Of a DNA stretch of 64,000 nucleotides, positions 10,501-20,125 are shown in pieces (position 1 is the first letter of the stretch; the number at the start of each line of letters is the position of its first letter). Both the position numbers and the translations under genes were made by a program. The stretch comes from an uncultured Verrucomicrobiae bacterium. Its GTDB lineage: Bacteria > Verrucomicrobiota > Verrucomicrobiia > Chthoniobacterales > Chthoniobacteraceae. Under the pieces are notes generated by a model. The model was not told where the DNA came from. It worked only from the letters and a program-made list of their open reading frames with translations, and did no database searches. The DNA lies in NCBI GenBank assembly GCA_963836755.1, contig CAWIKF010000002.1, positions 2,176,001 to 2,240,000 of the forward strand, given 5' to 3'.

Positions 10501-11262
10501 AATCTAGCGGTGAACGCGCGCGACGCCATGCCACACGGCGGCACGCTCACGATCCGCACGTCGCGCTCCACGGCCACCGCGCGCGACGAGGAGCAAAATC
10601 CAGACGTGCGCGCCGGCGATTACATCTGCCTGTCGATCACCGACACAGGCACCGGCATGAGCGAGGAAGTCAAAGCACACATCTTCGAGCCGTTTTTTAC
10701 GACGAAAGAAGTCGGCCAGGGCACCGGTCTTGGCCTCGCGACCTGCTACGGCATTGTCAGCCAGAGCGGCGGCTACATCATGGTCGAAAGCGAACTGGGA
10801 CGCGGCACGACTTTCAAAATATTTCTGCCGTGCGTGACCGAGCAAACGGAGGAGCTTTCGGCGTCCGCTGAATTCAACGAATTGCCGCGCGGCACCGAAA
10901 CAATTCTGCTTGTCGAGGACGAGCCGATGGTGCGTCGCCTCACGCTTTGGGTGTTGCGCGCGCTCGGATACAACTTACTCGAGGCGGCGAATGGCGAAGA
11001 CGCGTTTGCAGTGATGCAGGCGCATGGCGAACAGCCGTTGCACCTCGTGATCACCGATGTCGTGATGCCGCACATGAGCGGCAAAGATCTCGCATTCTGG
11101 ATTCGCGCTTCGCAGCCGAACGCGAAAATTTTGTTCATTTCCGGTTATCCAAATCACGAGCTCGACGACATGAATGCGCTCGGAGGTCATGCCGAATTTT
11201 TGCGCAAGCCATTTGCTCCGAAAGAGCTTGCCCACAAGGTTCGCGAGATGCTCGAAGCTTAA
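7525..11262 (+). CDS. Hybrid sensor histidine kinase (REC-GAF-GAF-PAS x3-HisKA-HATPase-REC)
   Basis: GGVAHDFNNLL, NLAVNARDAM, DTGTGM, FEPFFTTK, GTGLGL; PAS/PAC motifs; receiver domains at both ends. Confidence 0.93.
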   Translation: MSTTMRILVLENEEAAEQLLDQMPQAGDCSTVSQFVRTKEEFLHKLGTEAFDLIIVSDSIPGFSGEEALAECQQLCPAVPFVVISRAMDDQTMVEYFRRGATDCILKNQLARVGSVVRRTCREADLMRKREQIEILARERTNFLQLQQVIAVAANEAASVPDALQAGLDLVCAYAGFPVGHAYLLDESGGKMISANVWALSDAQRFAEFRDGTSAMSFSRGEGIAGQVLMTQQPAWIEDLREWKNFLRKEMAERAGLRCAVAFPVFAGKSVVAMLEFFVEKVEPQNQRLLDVMTYVGTQLGRVVERDQIDHTLKLRARREAAVARLAQRALQERNLETFLHEAMALVAEVLTADFTCVLELAEHNETLTMRAGFGWQRPIMSFVSTLSMAGYALAKNELVISHDLETELRFKMHSHVIEEGVRSGMVAVISARGEQLGVVEVFSKNAREFRPGETSFLQTIADVLASAIERSRTYAELSLLHSAVEQTTESITVTDANLDLPGPRILFVNAAFTEMTGWTAAEVLGSSPRIMQGPKTDRNVMNLLRAKLASGEHFDGEVINYRKDGTEFWLEWHIAPIRDTDGNITQFFAIQRDVTARKLADKALRESQANLAAAQRITHLGSWELELFDLEEMERNTLRWSDEVFRIFGYEPGAVEVSEQNFMRFVHPDDREAVRAALLQAVKTRTQYSIDHRIMLPNGDERTVYEQAHLVFDETSGAPLKMMGIVQDITDRRRNEEALRESEERFRATFEQAAVGILHVGLEGEFLRVNQRLCDLLDYSRQELRHKKFHEIAHPDDTDLGAAETEKILAGEIQSYSLEKRYVKKNGETVWANLTTALRLDESGRPLYFISVMEDISGRKRLEQQFLQAQKMEAFGRLAGGVAHDFNNLLTVIGGYNSLVLEDLAPTDPRREFVEEVAKASDRASALTNQLLAFSRQQVLQSKVFDPNDVLENLERMLQRIIGEDVEFVTELEPQIGHVRADISQIENVLVNLAVNARDAMPHGGTLTIRTSRSTATARDEEQNPDVRAGDYICLSITDTGTGMSEEVKAHIFEPFFTTKEVGQGTGLGLATCYGIVSQSGGYIMVESELGRGTTFKIFLPCVTEQTEELSASAEFNELPRGTETILLVEDEPMVRRLTLWVLRALGYNLLEAANGEDAFAVMQAHGEQPLHLVITDVVMPHMSGKDLAFWIRASQPNAKILFISGYPNHELDDMNALGGHAEFLRKPFAPKELAHKVREMLEA

Positions 11263-12422
11263 ACCCGCAACGCTTCTGCGTAATAATTTTCGAGATTGCG
11301 GATCTGCGCACGCATCTCAAATTTTTGCGCGACTGCGCTCGCTGCCTGGCGGCTCATCGCACGGTAACGCTCCGGAGAATCGGCCAGCTCAATCATCGCG
11401 CGAGCAAGCGCTGCGTGGTCTCGCTCATCAACAAGCAGACCGCTGACGCCATTTTCAACGGCTTCGGGAATGCCGCCATGCGTCGTCGCGAATGCAGGTA
11501 AACCCGTTGCCATTGCCTCGAGCATCGAGTTCGGCACGCCTTCCTGGTTCCCGTCCGGCCCGAGCTCGCTTGGATGCAAAAAAGCATGCGCATCGTAAAA
11601 AAGATCCCGCAGTTGCTCCTGCGCAACGAAGCCAGTGAATCGCACTTTTTTCTCGACGCCGAGTTCCTGCGCCAGCGCCGCCAACTCTTCTCGCATCGCT
11701 CCCTCGCCTGCGATGGTCAAAGTCGCCGCCGGAAATTTTTTCGCAAAACCAGCGAATGCGCGCAAACTCACGCGCAAACCTTTTTTTGGAATTAGACGAC
11801 ACGCTTGCAAAAAGTTCCACGCTCCGCCCGCCGCCGGCTCGCGCTGTCGAAAAGGAAATTGATCGAGCGGAATGCCGGTCCGATGCAACCGTAGTTTTTC
11901 TCGCGCGCACCCGAGTTCGACGAGCTGCTCCGCCAGTGACTGTGAACGCGCGAGCACCATCGTCGCGTCGCGCAACATCCGTTGCATCGCCTCACGATAA
12001 TTCGATTTTTCCATGTCGACCATCGCGTCGGCTCCGTGGAAAGAAACGATTGTTGGCAGCGCGCGCATTTGAATCAGCGGCAGCAAATGCACCCCGATAT
12101 GGCCGAAGTAGATATGTAAAAGTTTCGCATCCACCTCGCGCAGTTTTTCTCCGATTTGACGCGCCTGATTTTGCGAAATCTGCACTGGCGCCTTCTTGAT
12201 TTTCTTTTGCCAAAAGCGCCGGAACTCCCGCGTGACGGGCCTCGGCAGCAAAATCAAATCGGAAACAGGGAACTCCGTGGCGTGCTCCCGCTTTTGCGCG
12301 AAGACGATTGGACGAAAGGTTTTGAGGCCGACGATCTGCCGGTAAATGTGCAGCATTTCCGGCTTCAAAAAAGTCGCGCAATACTGAACCGCGACCGGCC
12401 TCTCAAAAGAAAATGCTGACAC
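11259..12422 (-). CDS. Glycosyltransferase family 4 (WcaL-like)
   Basis: SFHGAD, RLIPKKG, EGVPNSMLEAMATGLP, GGIPE. Confidence 0.9.
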   Translation of the reverse strand: MSAFSFERPVAVQYCATFLKPEMLHIYRQIVGLKTFRPIVFAQKREHATEFPVSDLILLPRPVTREFRRFWQKKIKKAPVQISQNQARQIGEKLREVDAKLLHIYFGHIGVHLLPLIQMRALPTIVSFHGADAMVDMEKSNYREAMQRMLRDATMVLARSQSLAEQLVELGCAREKLRLHRTGIPLDQFPFRQREPAAGGAWNFLQACRLIPKKGLRVSLRAFAGFAKKFPAATLTIAGEGAMREELAALAQELGVEKKVRFTGFVAQEQLRDLFYDAHAFLHPSELGPDGNQEGVPNSMLEAMATGLPAFATTHGGIPEAVENGVSGLLVDERDHAALARAMIELADSPERYRAMSRQAASAVAQKFEMRAQIRNLENYYAEALRV

Positions 12423-12481
12423 AACCGGTCAGCATTTTCGAAGTCTGTGCGCGCTGCAAGCGCAACGATTTTGCTCGCCTC

Positions 12482-12793
12482 TCAAAAGGCAAAAGCGAAA
12501 AGGCGCAACGCGATCGGGTGCTCACGAGATTGATCGCGCGGGCGGAGAAACGGATCGCTCGGGCGATACTCGACGAACTCCGAGCCATTTCCGTATTCGC
12601 GCGGCGCGAGCGGATTAACGGCTTGCAAAACGTTTCCTGAGCGGGCGGCTCGTTGCAGTCCGCCCTCCGTCGTGGTGCGTGCAATCGCCGGCACTCTTGA
12701 CCCCGGAACCACACGAACCGGCGCGCGGAAATCCTGCGCGTGGAGAGTCAGTGAAGCAGCGGAGATTGCGGCGAAGAAAAGAAGTTTTTTCAT
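12482..12793 (-). CDS. Small secreted hypothetical protein
   Basis: MKKLLFFAAISAASLTLHAQ signal peptide; C-terminal Phe (FAFAF). Confidence 0.7.
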   Translation of the reverse strand: MKKLLFFAAISAASLTLHAQDFRAPVRVVPGSRVPAIARTTTEGGLQRAARSGNVLQAVNPLAPREYGNGSEFVEYRPSDPFLRPRDQSREHPIALRLFAFAF

Positions 12794-12893
12794 ATTTTGT
12801 CCTCTGCCATAAGTTCGGAATAGGCATCGAATCTGGCCGGATGCGAAGTCGAGGGTTGCCGCCCCGAGAACTTTTCCTATTGTGTCTGCGCCA

Positions 12894-13163
12894 ATGGAAC
12901 GCGAACTCACTGTCCTCAACACACTCGGACTTCACGCGCGCCCCGCCGCGGAATTCGTGCGGTGCGCGCGAAAGTTCAAGAGTGAAATTTTCATCCATAA
13001 GAGTGGCGAGCAATACTCGGCCGCGAGCATTCTCGATGTCCTGAGCGCCAACCTCGATTGCGGTGCGAAGCTGGTTTTGCATGCAGAGGGAGCCGACGCT
13101 GCTCAAGCGCTCGACGAGTTATCTGAACTGCTGAAAATTTTTGTGACGCAGGAAAACGAGTAA
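12894..13163 (+). CDS. ptsH: Phosphocarrier protein HPr
   Basis: GLHARPAA (His15) and SILDVL (Ser46 region). Confidence 0.93.
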   Translation: MERELTVLNTLGLHARPAAEFVRCARKFKSEIFIHKSGEQYSAASILDVLSANLDCGAKLVLHAEGADAAQALDELSELLKIFVTQENE

Positions 13164-13189
13164 TTGCATTGCCGGTGGCCGATCTCGAA

Positions 13190-14176
13190 ATGCAAAATCT
13201 TTCCGTGGATTTTGTCGAAAAAGCCAAACGCGTCATCGAGATCGAGCTGAACGAAATCCAGCGGCTTCTCGCGCGCGTGGACGAATCTTTTTCCGCTGCG
13301 GTGCAGACGCTTTTGCGCGCGGTGGAAACGCAGCGAAAGATTGTCGTCATGGGAGTCGGCAAGTCGGGAAACATCGGCGAGAAAATCGCGGCAACCTTGA
13401 CCAGCACAGGATCTCCGGCCGTCGTGCTCAATTCTCTCAACGCGCTGCACGGCGACCTCGGAGTGGTCGCGGACGGCGATGCGATCCTCGCATTGAGCCA
13501 CAGCGGCGAGACCGAGGAGTTGATCAATGTGCTGCCGGCACTCGCGCGATTTGACGTAAAAATTGTGTCGCTGACGGGAAATCCCAAATCATTTCTGGCG
13601 CAGAATTCCGACGTGCATCTCGACGTGAACGTCGAACAGGAAGCATGTCCGCTGAACCTCGCCCCGACCTCGAGCACGACAGCGATGCTCGTGCTCGGCG
13701 ATGCGCTGGCGATGGTTCTGCTCGAGGCGCGCGGTTTTAACAAAGATGATTTTGCACGTTTTCATCCGGGGGGAAAACTCGGGCGCACGCTACTCTTCAA
13801 AGTTCACCAAATCATGCGTGGTGATGATCGGATGGCCACGGTTGCCCCTCAAACAACCGTGCGCGAAGTGCTGCACGCGATGGCCCGGAAACGCACAGGT
13901 GCAGCAATTGTGACACAAACAAATGGCGCGCTGCTCGGGATTTTCACGCACGGCGATTTCGGCCGACATTTTCAAAATGAGCCGCAACTTTTGGAGCGGC
14001 CGGTGGGCGACTACCTGACGAAAAATCCGGTTACGATCGCAGCCGATAAACTTGCCGCGGAGGTGCTTCATATCCTCGAACATCATTCCATCGATGACTT
14101 GATCGTCGTGGACGAAATGAATCGGCCCGTCGGGATCGTGGACACGCAGGATCTTGCGCGATTCAAGCTGCTGTAA
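13190..14176 (+). CDS. kdsD: Arabinose-5-phosphate isomerase (KpsF/GutQ, SIS+CBS)
   Basis: GVGKSG, HGDLG, EACPLNLAPTSST, FARFHPGGKLG; CBS pair. Confidence 0.93.
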   Translation: MQNLSVDFVEKAKRVIEIELNEIQRLLARVDESFSAAVQTLLRAVETQRKIVVMGVGKSGNIGEKIAATLTSTGSPAVVLNSLNALHGDLGVVADGDAILALSHSGETEELINVLPALARFDVKIVSLTGNPKSFLAQNSDVHLDVNVEQEACPLNLAPTSSTTAMLVLGDALAMVLLEARGFNKDDFARFHPGGKLGRTLLFKVHQIMRGDDRMATVAPQTTVREVLHAMARKRTGAAIVTQTNGALLGIFTHGDFGRHFQNEPQLLERPVGDYLTKNPVTIAADKLAAEVLHILEHHSIDDLIVVDEMNRPVGIVDTQDLARFKLL

Positions 14177-14252
14177 GGCTTGCTTGCCAATTGCCGCGGA
14201 AATCTACGCTCCGCAGCGCCGAACAAAGATAAAGCATCCTGTTAAACCGGCG

Positions 14253-14677
14253 CTAAGTTCTGGTGCCGTTAGAAGCAAGGATTTTACGCAGTGTCTCGCA
14301 CCGTTTGCGGAGCGTCACGCGGTTCATTTTGGTGGCGCGCGCGAGCACGGTCGGCTTGTTGTCAAAACGGCTGAGCAAATGCCGCAGCGTGAGCGCTTCA
14401 AGTTCCTCGTGCATTTCCTTGTAAGAACGCCCGTCCTGCAATTTTTCGTCGAGCCACGCCTCAAGCGCGGGCGCAAGTTCGCTGACGCTGAGACCGATGC
14501 CCATACCGCCTTCTTTTTCAGAGAAAAAAATTTCGACGTAGCGCTCCATCGCCAGAGTTGAAAATCCTTGCCTGTGTCGCGAAAAACAAGACGCAGAGCG
14601 GCTTCGCGCGAACCGACGATTGAAAGTTCGCCCCCTTCGGGCATCGCATGAATGGCATTGATGATGATGTTGCTCAC
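14253..14677 (-). pseudogene. Frameshifted HATPase fragment joined to a Fis-type HTH tail (collapsed two-component remnant)
   Basis: NIIINAIHAMPEGGEL...RDTGK in one frame continues as GFS...FFSEKEGGMGIGLSVS in another, then LARATKMNRVTLRKR. Confidence 0.7.
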
Positions 14678-15069
14678 GGGCTGCGTGATGCGGCGACGAT
14701 CGACGCCGCATAAAGTTCCGGTTCGATGTGACGGCGATGCGGAGCGAAAAGCCGCAAAAAGGGCGCAAAATCATTGACGCGAAGGGACAAAACTTAATCA
14801 GCCCGCCGTGCGCGACGAGACCAAAGTTTGTCCACGAAAAATCGCCTCTTCACCGCAAAAAATGAATTGGTTTTCGCGGATACTTCCGTTCATAAGGTGA
14901 AAACGACCGGATATTTTCGATCCTAAACTCAGTTGGTGCAAATGATCCGTGAATCCCTCCATCGCCCGCAGATGCCGACCGTTACTTGATCTACGAAAGG
15001 TTCGTCATTGCATGCATGACGAATGCTAATGCGAGGCAGATCAAAAGTTAACTCCGTTACAAACCCACC

Positions 15070-15948
15070 ATGTTAAAGACCTGCTCTCCATTCTTTGTTT
15101 TAGCGGTTGCCACTCTCGCCGCTCTTCATGCGGAGAATTCAACTTCGATTCCTAGGGTCACGATCACCTCGACTGCGGGCTTAAGCGAAAATCAACCGGT
15201 CGGTGAAACTGGGCGTCCCGACTGGACTTCCGCACGCCGCTTTACGACGACGCGCGTTTACATTCAGCAGTCGCCGGGTGAGATCGGTTTTGAGCAATGG
15301 CTGCGCTTCCGGGATTTCCGCGACGGCAGTTCGCAGGCGCGTTTCCAGGAGGAATTGGAATTCGGTCTGCCCTATCGCATGCAGCTCGACATCTATGAAA
15401 ATTGGGTGGTCGATCAGGATCGTCACGCTGACCAGGATGAAACTTCGTTCGAGCTCCGTTTCGCATTGGCAGACTGGGGAAAAATCCCGCTCAATCCCAC
15501 GCTTTACGCTGAATACGCAGTAGTGAATCAGGCGCCGGACACAGTCGAATTCAAGCTGCTGCTCGGCCAGGATTTCGGCCCGCGCATTCATTACGGGCTG
15601 AATTTGGTTTACGAGCAGGAGACGTGGGGCGCGCGGTCGACGGAGTTTGCCGTCACGCAGGGAATCAGCTACACGCTCATCGATTCCGTCCTCAGCGCCG
15701 GCGTGGAAATGGAATACGAAATCGAAACCGAGCGCGGCTCGCGCAGCAATCCGGCGCAGCAATTCCTCATCGGCCCGAGCGTGCAGGTCCGGCCATCGCG
15801 CAACTCCCACCTCGACCTCGTCGGCTTGATCGGGGCGACGGGCAAATCACCGAACGTGGAAGGCTACATCATCTTCGGCGTTGATTTCGGCAAAGTCCTC
15901 GGCCAGAGCGAAAGCCATTATCAACCGGTCTCCGGCCGCGGGAATTAG
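15070..15948 (+). CDS. Secreted/outer-membrane beta-strand-rich protein
   Basis: Signal peptide; alternating aromatic beta-strand pattern (EELEFGL, NPTLYAEY, FLIGPSVQ). Confidence 0.7.
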   Translation: MLKTCSPFFVLAVATLAALHAENSTSIPRVTITSTAGLSENQPVGETGRPDWTSARRFTTTRVYIQQSPGEIGFEQWLRFRDFRDGSSQARFQEELEFGLPYRMQLDIYENWVVDQDRHADQDETSFELRFALADWGKIPLNPTLYAEYAVVNQAPDTVEFKLLLGQDFGPRIHYGLNLVYEQETWGARSTEFAVTQGISYTLIDSVLSAGVEMEYEIETERGSRSNPAQQFLIGPSVQVRPSRNSHLDLVGLIGATGKSPNVEGYIIFGVDFGKVLGQSESHYQPVSGRGN

Positions 15949-16032
15949 CGGCGCTATCGGTTCGAAAAAAAACTTGGCTCATCGAGCCGCCAACTCTTGA
16001 AAACGACGGCGTCTCGTTTGTTGGAGAAAAGT

Positions 16033-16926
16033 TTAACTTTTGTCGCAACCGCTGTTGAGACGGCGGCAGGCGACAATGGTGTTTGCGATCAACATAGCAA
16101 TCGTCATGGGCCCGACCCCGCCGGGAACGGGCGTGATCGCGCGGCAGCGCGGCGCGACGCTCCCAAAGTCGACATCGCCGACGAGGCAATAACCGCGTTC
16201 GGCGGAGGGATCCTCTTTCCGATTGATGCCGACATCGATGACCACAGCGCCTTCACGCACATGTTCGGCTTTGACGAACTCTGCGCGACCAATGGCAGCG
16301 ATCAAGATGTCGGCGCTGCGCGTGATTTCGGTGAGATTTTTCGTTCGCGAATGAGCGATGGTCACAGTCGCGTCGCCGCCGGCGCCTTTATTCATGAGCA
16401 AAAGCGCGAGCGGCTTTCCGACGATCATGCTGCGCCCGAGGATCACCACATGCGCGCCGGCGATCTCGATGCCGCTTTCGACGAGCAGCCGCTGGCAGCC
16501 CAGTGGGGTGCACGGGACGAAGCCGCTCGAGTCGCTGAGGGCGAGCTTCGCGACGTTCACCGGATGAAAGCCATCCACGTCTTTGCGCGGATCGATCGCA
16601 GCGATGACGGCGGCCTCGTCGATGTGCGGCGGCGGCGGCGATTGAACGAGAATGCCGTGGATCGAAGGATCGTCGTTCAGCGTTTGGACGAGCGCGATGA
16701 GCTCTTTCTGCGCAGTCTCTGCTGGCAACTCATGTTTGACGGAATGCAAGCCGAGTTCGCGACACATTTTGTCCTTCGCGCGAACGTAGGCGCGCGATGC
16801 AGGATCATCTCCCACGAGCACAACGGCGAGGCCGGGGATGAAACCGCGCGCTCGAAGGTCGGCGGCGCTGGCGCGCGACTCGGAGTGGATCTTTTGAGCA
16901 ATGGCTTTTCCGTCGATGAGATTCAT
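16033..16926 (-). CDS. folD: Methylenetetrahydrofolate dehydrogenase/cyclohydrolase
   Basis: [39 protein letters not shown]. Confidence 0.97.
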   Translation of the reverse strand: MNLIDGKAIAQKIHSESRASAADLRARGFIPGLAVVLVGDDPASRAYVRAKDKMCRELGLHSVKHELPAETAQKELIALVQTLNDDPSIHGILVQSPPPPHIDEAAVIAAIDPRKDVDGFHPVNVAKLALSDSSGFVPCTPLGCQRLLVESGIEIAGAHVVILGRSMIVGKPLALLLMNKGAGGDATVTIAHSRTKNLTEITRSADILIAAIGRAEFVKAEHVREGAVVIDVGINRKEDPSAERGYCLVGDVDFGSVAPRCRAITPVPGGVGPMTIAMLIANTIVACRRLNSGCDKS

Positions 16927-17073
16927 GAATGCAGCCGCGAAACTTTGACGCGTTCCGACAAACGAACAAAAAGCCGGACTTTCCGCAAGCAGCGCGCACG
17001 GATTCATCGAATGCGCAGCGGTTTTTCCCGAAAAGTATTTTGCTTTCAGCAGCCGCGTTTTAAAGTGCGGCTT

Positions 17074-18726
17074 GTGAATTATCAGGTCTTCGCCCGCAAA
17101 TATCGGCCGCAAACTTTCGACGAAGTGGTCGGGCAGGAGCACATCACGCAGACGCTAAAAAATGCGATCGAGCAGAATCGGCTCGCGCACGCGTATTTGT
17201 TCGTCGGCCCGCGCGGCACGGGCAAAACCTCGACGGCGCGCATTCTCGCGAAGGCGCTCAATTGCGAGAAAGGGCCGACGATCACACCGTGCGGCGAGTG
17301 CGCGAGTTGCCGCGAGATCGCAGCCGGCACGAGCTTCAACGTGCTGGAGTTTGACGCCGCATCGAACACGCAGGTCGACAAGGTGCGGGAGCTGATCATC
17401 GACAATGTCAAATACCTGCCGACGTCCGGGAAATACAAAATCTACATCGTGGACGAGGTGCACATGCTCTCCACATCGTCGTTTAACGCTTTGTTGAAAA
17501 CGCTCGAGGAACCGCCCGCGCATGTGATTTTCGTTTTCGCGACGACCGATGTGCAAAAAGTGCCGCTGACGATCCTGAGCCGATGCCAGCGCTTTGACCT
17601 TCGCCGCATACCGGCACCGCTCATCGCGAAGCATCTGCAATACATTGCGAAGAAAGAAAACATCGCGCTCGATGATGAAGCGGCGCAGACGATCGCGCGC
17701 GGCGCGGAGGGTGGTTTGCGCGACGCGGAATCGATGCTCGACCAGCTCGTCGCATTTTGCGGCGACAAAGTTTCGGGCACTGATGTGCTGACCGTTTTCG
17801 GTTTTACCGCGCAACAAACGGTGACGAAACTTTGCGGATGCATTCTCGCTGGAAGTTGCGCCGATGCGCTTGGCGTGGTTCATGAGCAGGCTGAGCAAGG
17901 GCGTGATCTCGGCCGCTTGATGAGCGATTTGATCGGACATCTTCGCGATCTGCTGGTGACGCAGGCGGACCCGGAATGCGTGAAGGCAGACGTGCCGCCG
18001 GAGACGTTTGCGGTGCTCCAGGCGCAGTCAGGCAAAATCGCGATGGACCGCGTGCTGGAGCTGATCGAGCAGTTCGCGGCCGCGGAAGGGCGGATGCGCT
18101 GGGCGCCAAACAAAAAAATGCATTTTGAAATAGCGGTGATCAAAGCGGTGCAAACACTGAGTCAAACGACGTTAAACGAAGTAATTGAAACTTTGACGGC
18201 ATTGCGCGGGGGCGAAGCGCCGCAACCAAAGTTGGCGCGCGTGGAAAAAAAAACTCCTCAGGCCGCTGACAATTCCACCTCTTTCGCTGCTCCATCCCCG
18301 CCGCGAGTTTCGACTACAAAAGAAGAAGCGGCTTCCGTCGAGACAGTTTCCGATGAAGCTTTGTGGCCGGCGTTGCTCCTGGAAATCCGAAACAATCGGC
18401 CGCTCATCAAAAGCTTCATCGAGGCTGGAGCGATGGTTTCACTGACCGCGAGCGAAGCGATCATCGGTTTCCCGCCGGATCAAAAAATGGCCGTGGAATC
18501 GCTCAACCGCAGCAACAACCGAACTTTTCTAGAGGCGCTCCTCGCGCAACTGACAGGTCGTCAACTGGCGTTGCGCTGTGAAATTCGTGAAGGTCTGGTG
18601 GTCACGCCGGTGACTTTGCCTGAGCCTGTCGCGATCGCTCCTGCCGATCCGATGGAGGAGTTTAAAAACGATCCGCTCATTCGCAAGGCGCTGGAGATTT
18701 TCAAAGGCGAGATTCAGCCGGTGTAA
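17074..18726 (+). CDS. dnaX: DNA polymerase III subunit gamma/tau
   Basis: [17 protein letters not shown], zinc-binding cysteines, DEVHMLS, SRCQ; GTG start. Confidence 0.97.
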   Translation: MNYQVFARKYRPQTFDEVVGQEHITQTLKNAIEQNRLAHAYLFVGPRGTGKTSTARILAKALNCEKGPTITPCGECASCREIAAGTSFNVLEFDAASNTQVDKVRELIIDNVKYLPTSGKYKIYIVDEVHMLSTSSFNALLKTLEEPPAHVIFVFATTDVQKVPLTILSRCQRFDLRRIPAPLIAKHLQYIAKKENIALDDEAAQTIARGAEGGLRDAESMLDQLVAFCGDKVSGTDVLTVFGFTAQQTVTKLCGCILAGSCADALGVVHEQAEQGRDLGRLMSDLIGHLRDLLVTQADPECVKADVPPETFAVLQAQSGKIAMDRVLELIEQFAAAEGRMRWAPNKKMHFEIAVIKAVQTLSQTTLNEVIETLTALRGGEAPQPKLARVEKKTPQAADNSTSFAAPSPPRVSTTKEEAASVETVSDEALWPALLLEIRNNRPLIKSFIEAGAMVSLTASEAIIGFPPDQKMAVESLNRSNNRTFLEALLAQLTGRQLALRCEIREGLVVTPVTLPEPVAIAPADPMEEFKNDPLIRKALEIFKGEIQPV

Positions 18727-18755
18727 ACTTTCCGTTAACTTTTCGCTAACAAACT

Positions 18756-19070
18756 ATGAACATTCAAAAAATGATGAAGCAGGCGCAGCAGATGCAGGAA
18801 AAGCTGGCGCAAACCCAGGCGGAGCTCGCCGAAAAAACTGTCGAAGTCACGGCCGGTGGCGGCAAAGTAACCGTGGTCGCAACCGGTGCGGGCGACGTTC
18901 TTTCAATCAAGATCAGCAAGGATGTGGTCGATCCGGACGACGTCGAGATGCTGGAGGATTTAATTTTGAGCGGGGTGACTCAGGCGATTGCGAAAGGGAA
19001 GGAGATGGCGCAGGCCGAGATGGGCAAGATGACTTCAGGCCTCGGATTGCCGCCGGGGCTGGGTTTCTAA
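18756..19070 (+). CDS. ybaB: YbaB/EbfC nucleoid-associated protein
   Basis: MMKQAQQMQ, AGGGKV, DVEMLEDLI; directly after dnaX. Confidence 0.95.
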   Translation: MNIQKMMKQAQQMQEKLAQTQAELAEKTVEVTAGGGKVTVVATGAGDVLSIKISKDVVDPDDVEMLEDLILSGVTQAIAKGKEMAQAEMGKMTSGLGLPPGLGF

Positions 19071-19072
19071 AA

Positions 19073-19864
19073 TCAGGGCTTCTGCGAAAGCCAGAGCCAG
19101 TCGCCGTAGCAATCGTTGTAATTGCTGGAGCCGCTGGGGGGGAATTGCGTGCTGCTCGGCGATGGCTTGTTGTATTCCGCGAGCGTGATGTAGCGCGCGG
19201 AGCCGTCAACCATCACGTAAACCGAGCCTGCCTGGTCGCCGGAGCCATAGCCGTCGAGCTTGAGCACACTCTTGTTATCGCCATCAGCGAAGTCCATGTA
19301 GAAATGGTCTTTATTGATTTGATGCATGCCGAGCAGAATCGTTTGACTCGGAGATTGGAATTTATTGATCCGGACGGAAATTGCGCCGGTGGTTTTGTCT
19401 CCCAGGTCATTGTATCCGTTCATGGTCCAGCTGGTATGGTTGGGAGCGTTGGAGACCAAATAAGTTGCAAGCGCCGCTCCCGTCATCGTTTGGGGATGAT
19501 TCGGATCGTTATTGCAGTAACCGGGCGCAAGGTAGATGCGGACGTCTTTGATGTAATCCGTGTTGGCATTATACGTCTGCACTCCGCTTGTCGGATCGGT
19601 TTGGTAACCGGCGAGGATTGCGGGCCATTTGTCTACATTCCCTTTCGTGCCGTCCTGCACTCGACCGGGAATGTTGTAGTCGTGGTCGCCGGCGTAAACG
19701 GTGAACGCGAGTCCGACCTGCCGCACGTTGCTCATGCCAGCGGTGCGGTCGCGCATTTTTCCGACGGAGCCCATCGCGGTAAAAAGCAGACCGGCGAGGA
19801 TCGCGATGATCGTGATCACGACCAGTAATTCAATGAGTGTAAACGCGCTTGTCCTGTTTTTCAT
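19073..19864 (-). CDS. Prepilin-type N-terminal cleavage/methylation domain protein (PVC pilin-like)
   Basis: AFTLIELLVVITIIAILAGLL; C-terminal VYVMVDGSA. Confidence 0.85.
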   Translation of the reverse strand: MKNRTSAFTLIELLVVITIIAILAGLLFTAMGSVGKMRDRTAGMSNVRQVGLAFTVYAGDHDYNIPGRVQDGTKGNVDKWPAILAGYQTDPTSGVQTYNANTDYIKDVRIYLAPGYCNNDPNHPQTMTGAALATYLVSNAPNHTSWTMNGYNDLGDKTTGAISVRINKFQSPSQTILLGMHQINKDHFYMDFADGDNKSVLKLDGYGSGDQAGSVYVMVDGSARYITLAEYNKPSPSSTQFPPSGSSNYNDCYGDWLWLSQKP

Positions 19865-20125
19865 GGGGTTGGAAAAAAGTAACCCATCTCGAAGATTCTG
19901 CCAAACTTGAATTCGCTCCACGACCTGCACGCCTAAATTTTAACGCCAACGCATGCGAAATCGCTGCGCGAAATGTGGCAAACCACACGCGCTGCTCGAT
20001 GACAGCGCGGCAATTTTCATTTGCCGGAGATGCGGGTCGCGACTAATAGTTTGCTCCCTCCAAGGCCGGATTTTTATGTCAAGTGATGCTATAGACGCCA
20101 TGAAAGGCGAAGTTTTCGCGCCCGC

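Noticed and set aside
15997..17073. Long N-terminal extension of dnaX (909-aa ORF)
   Set aside because: It is the antisense of folD; DnaX homology starts at GTG 17074. The extensions on PBP1A, ridA, ccsA and cbpA are similar artefacts of overlapping neighbouring genes.
18112..18118. A7 run in dnaX as the slippage site
   Set aside because: It is shorter and lies inside the conserved domain III region, so truncation there would be implausible.
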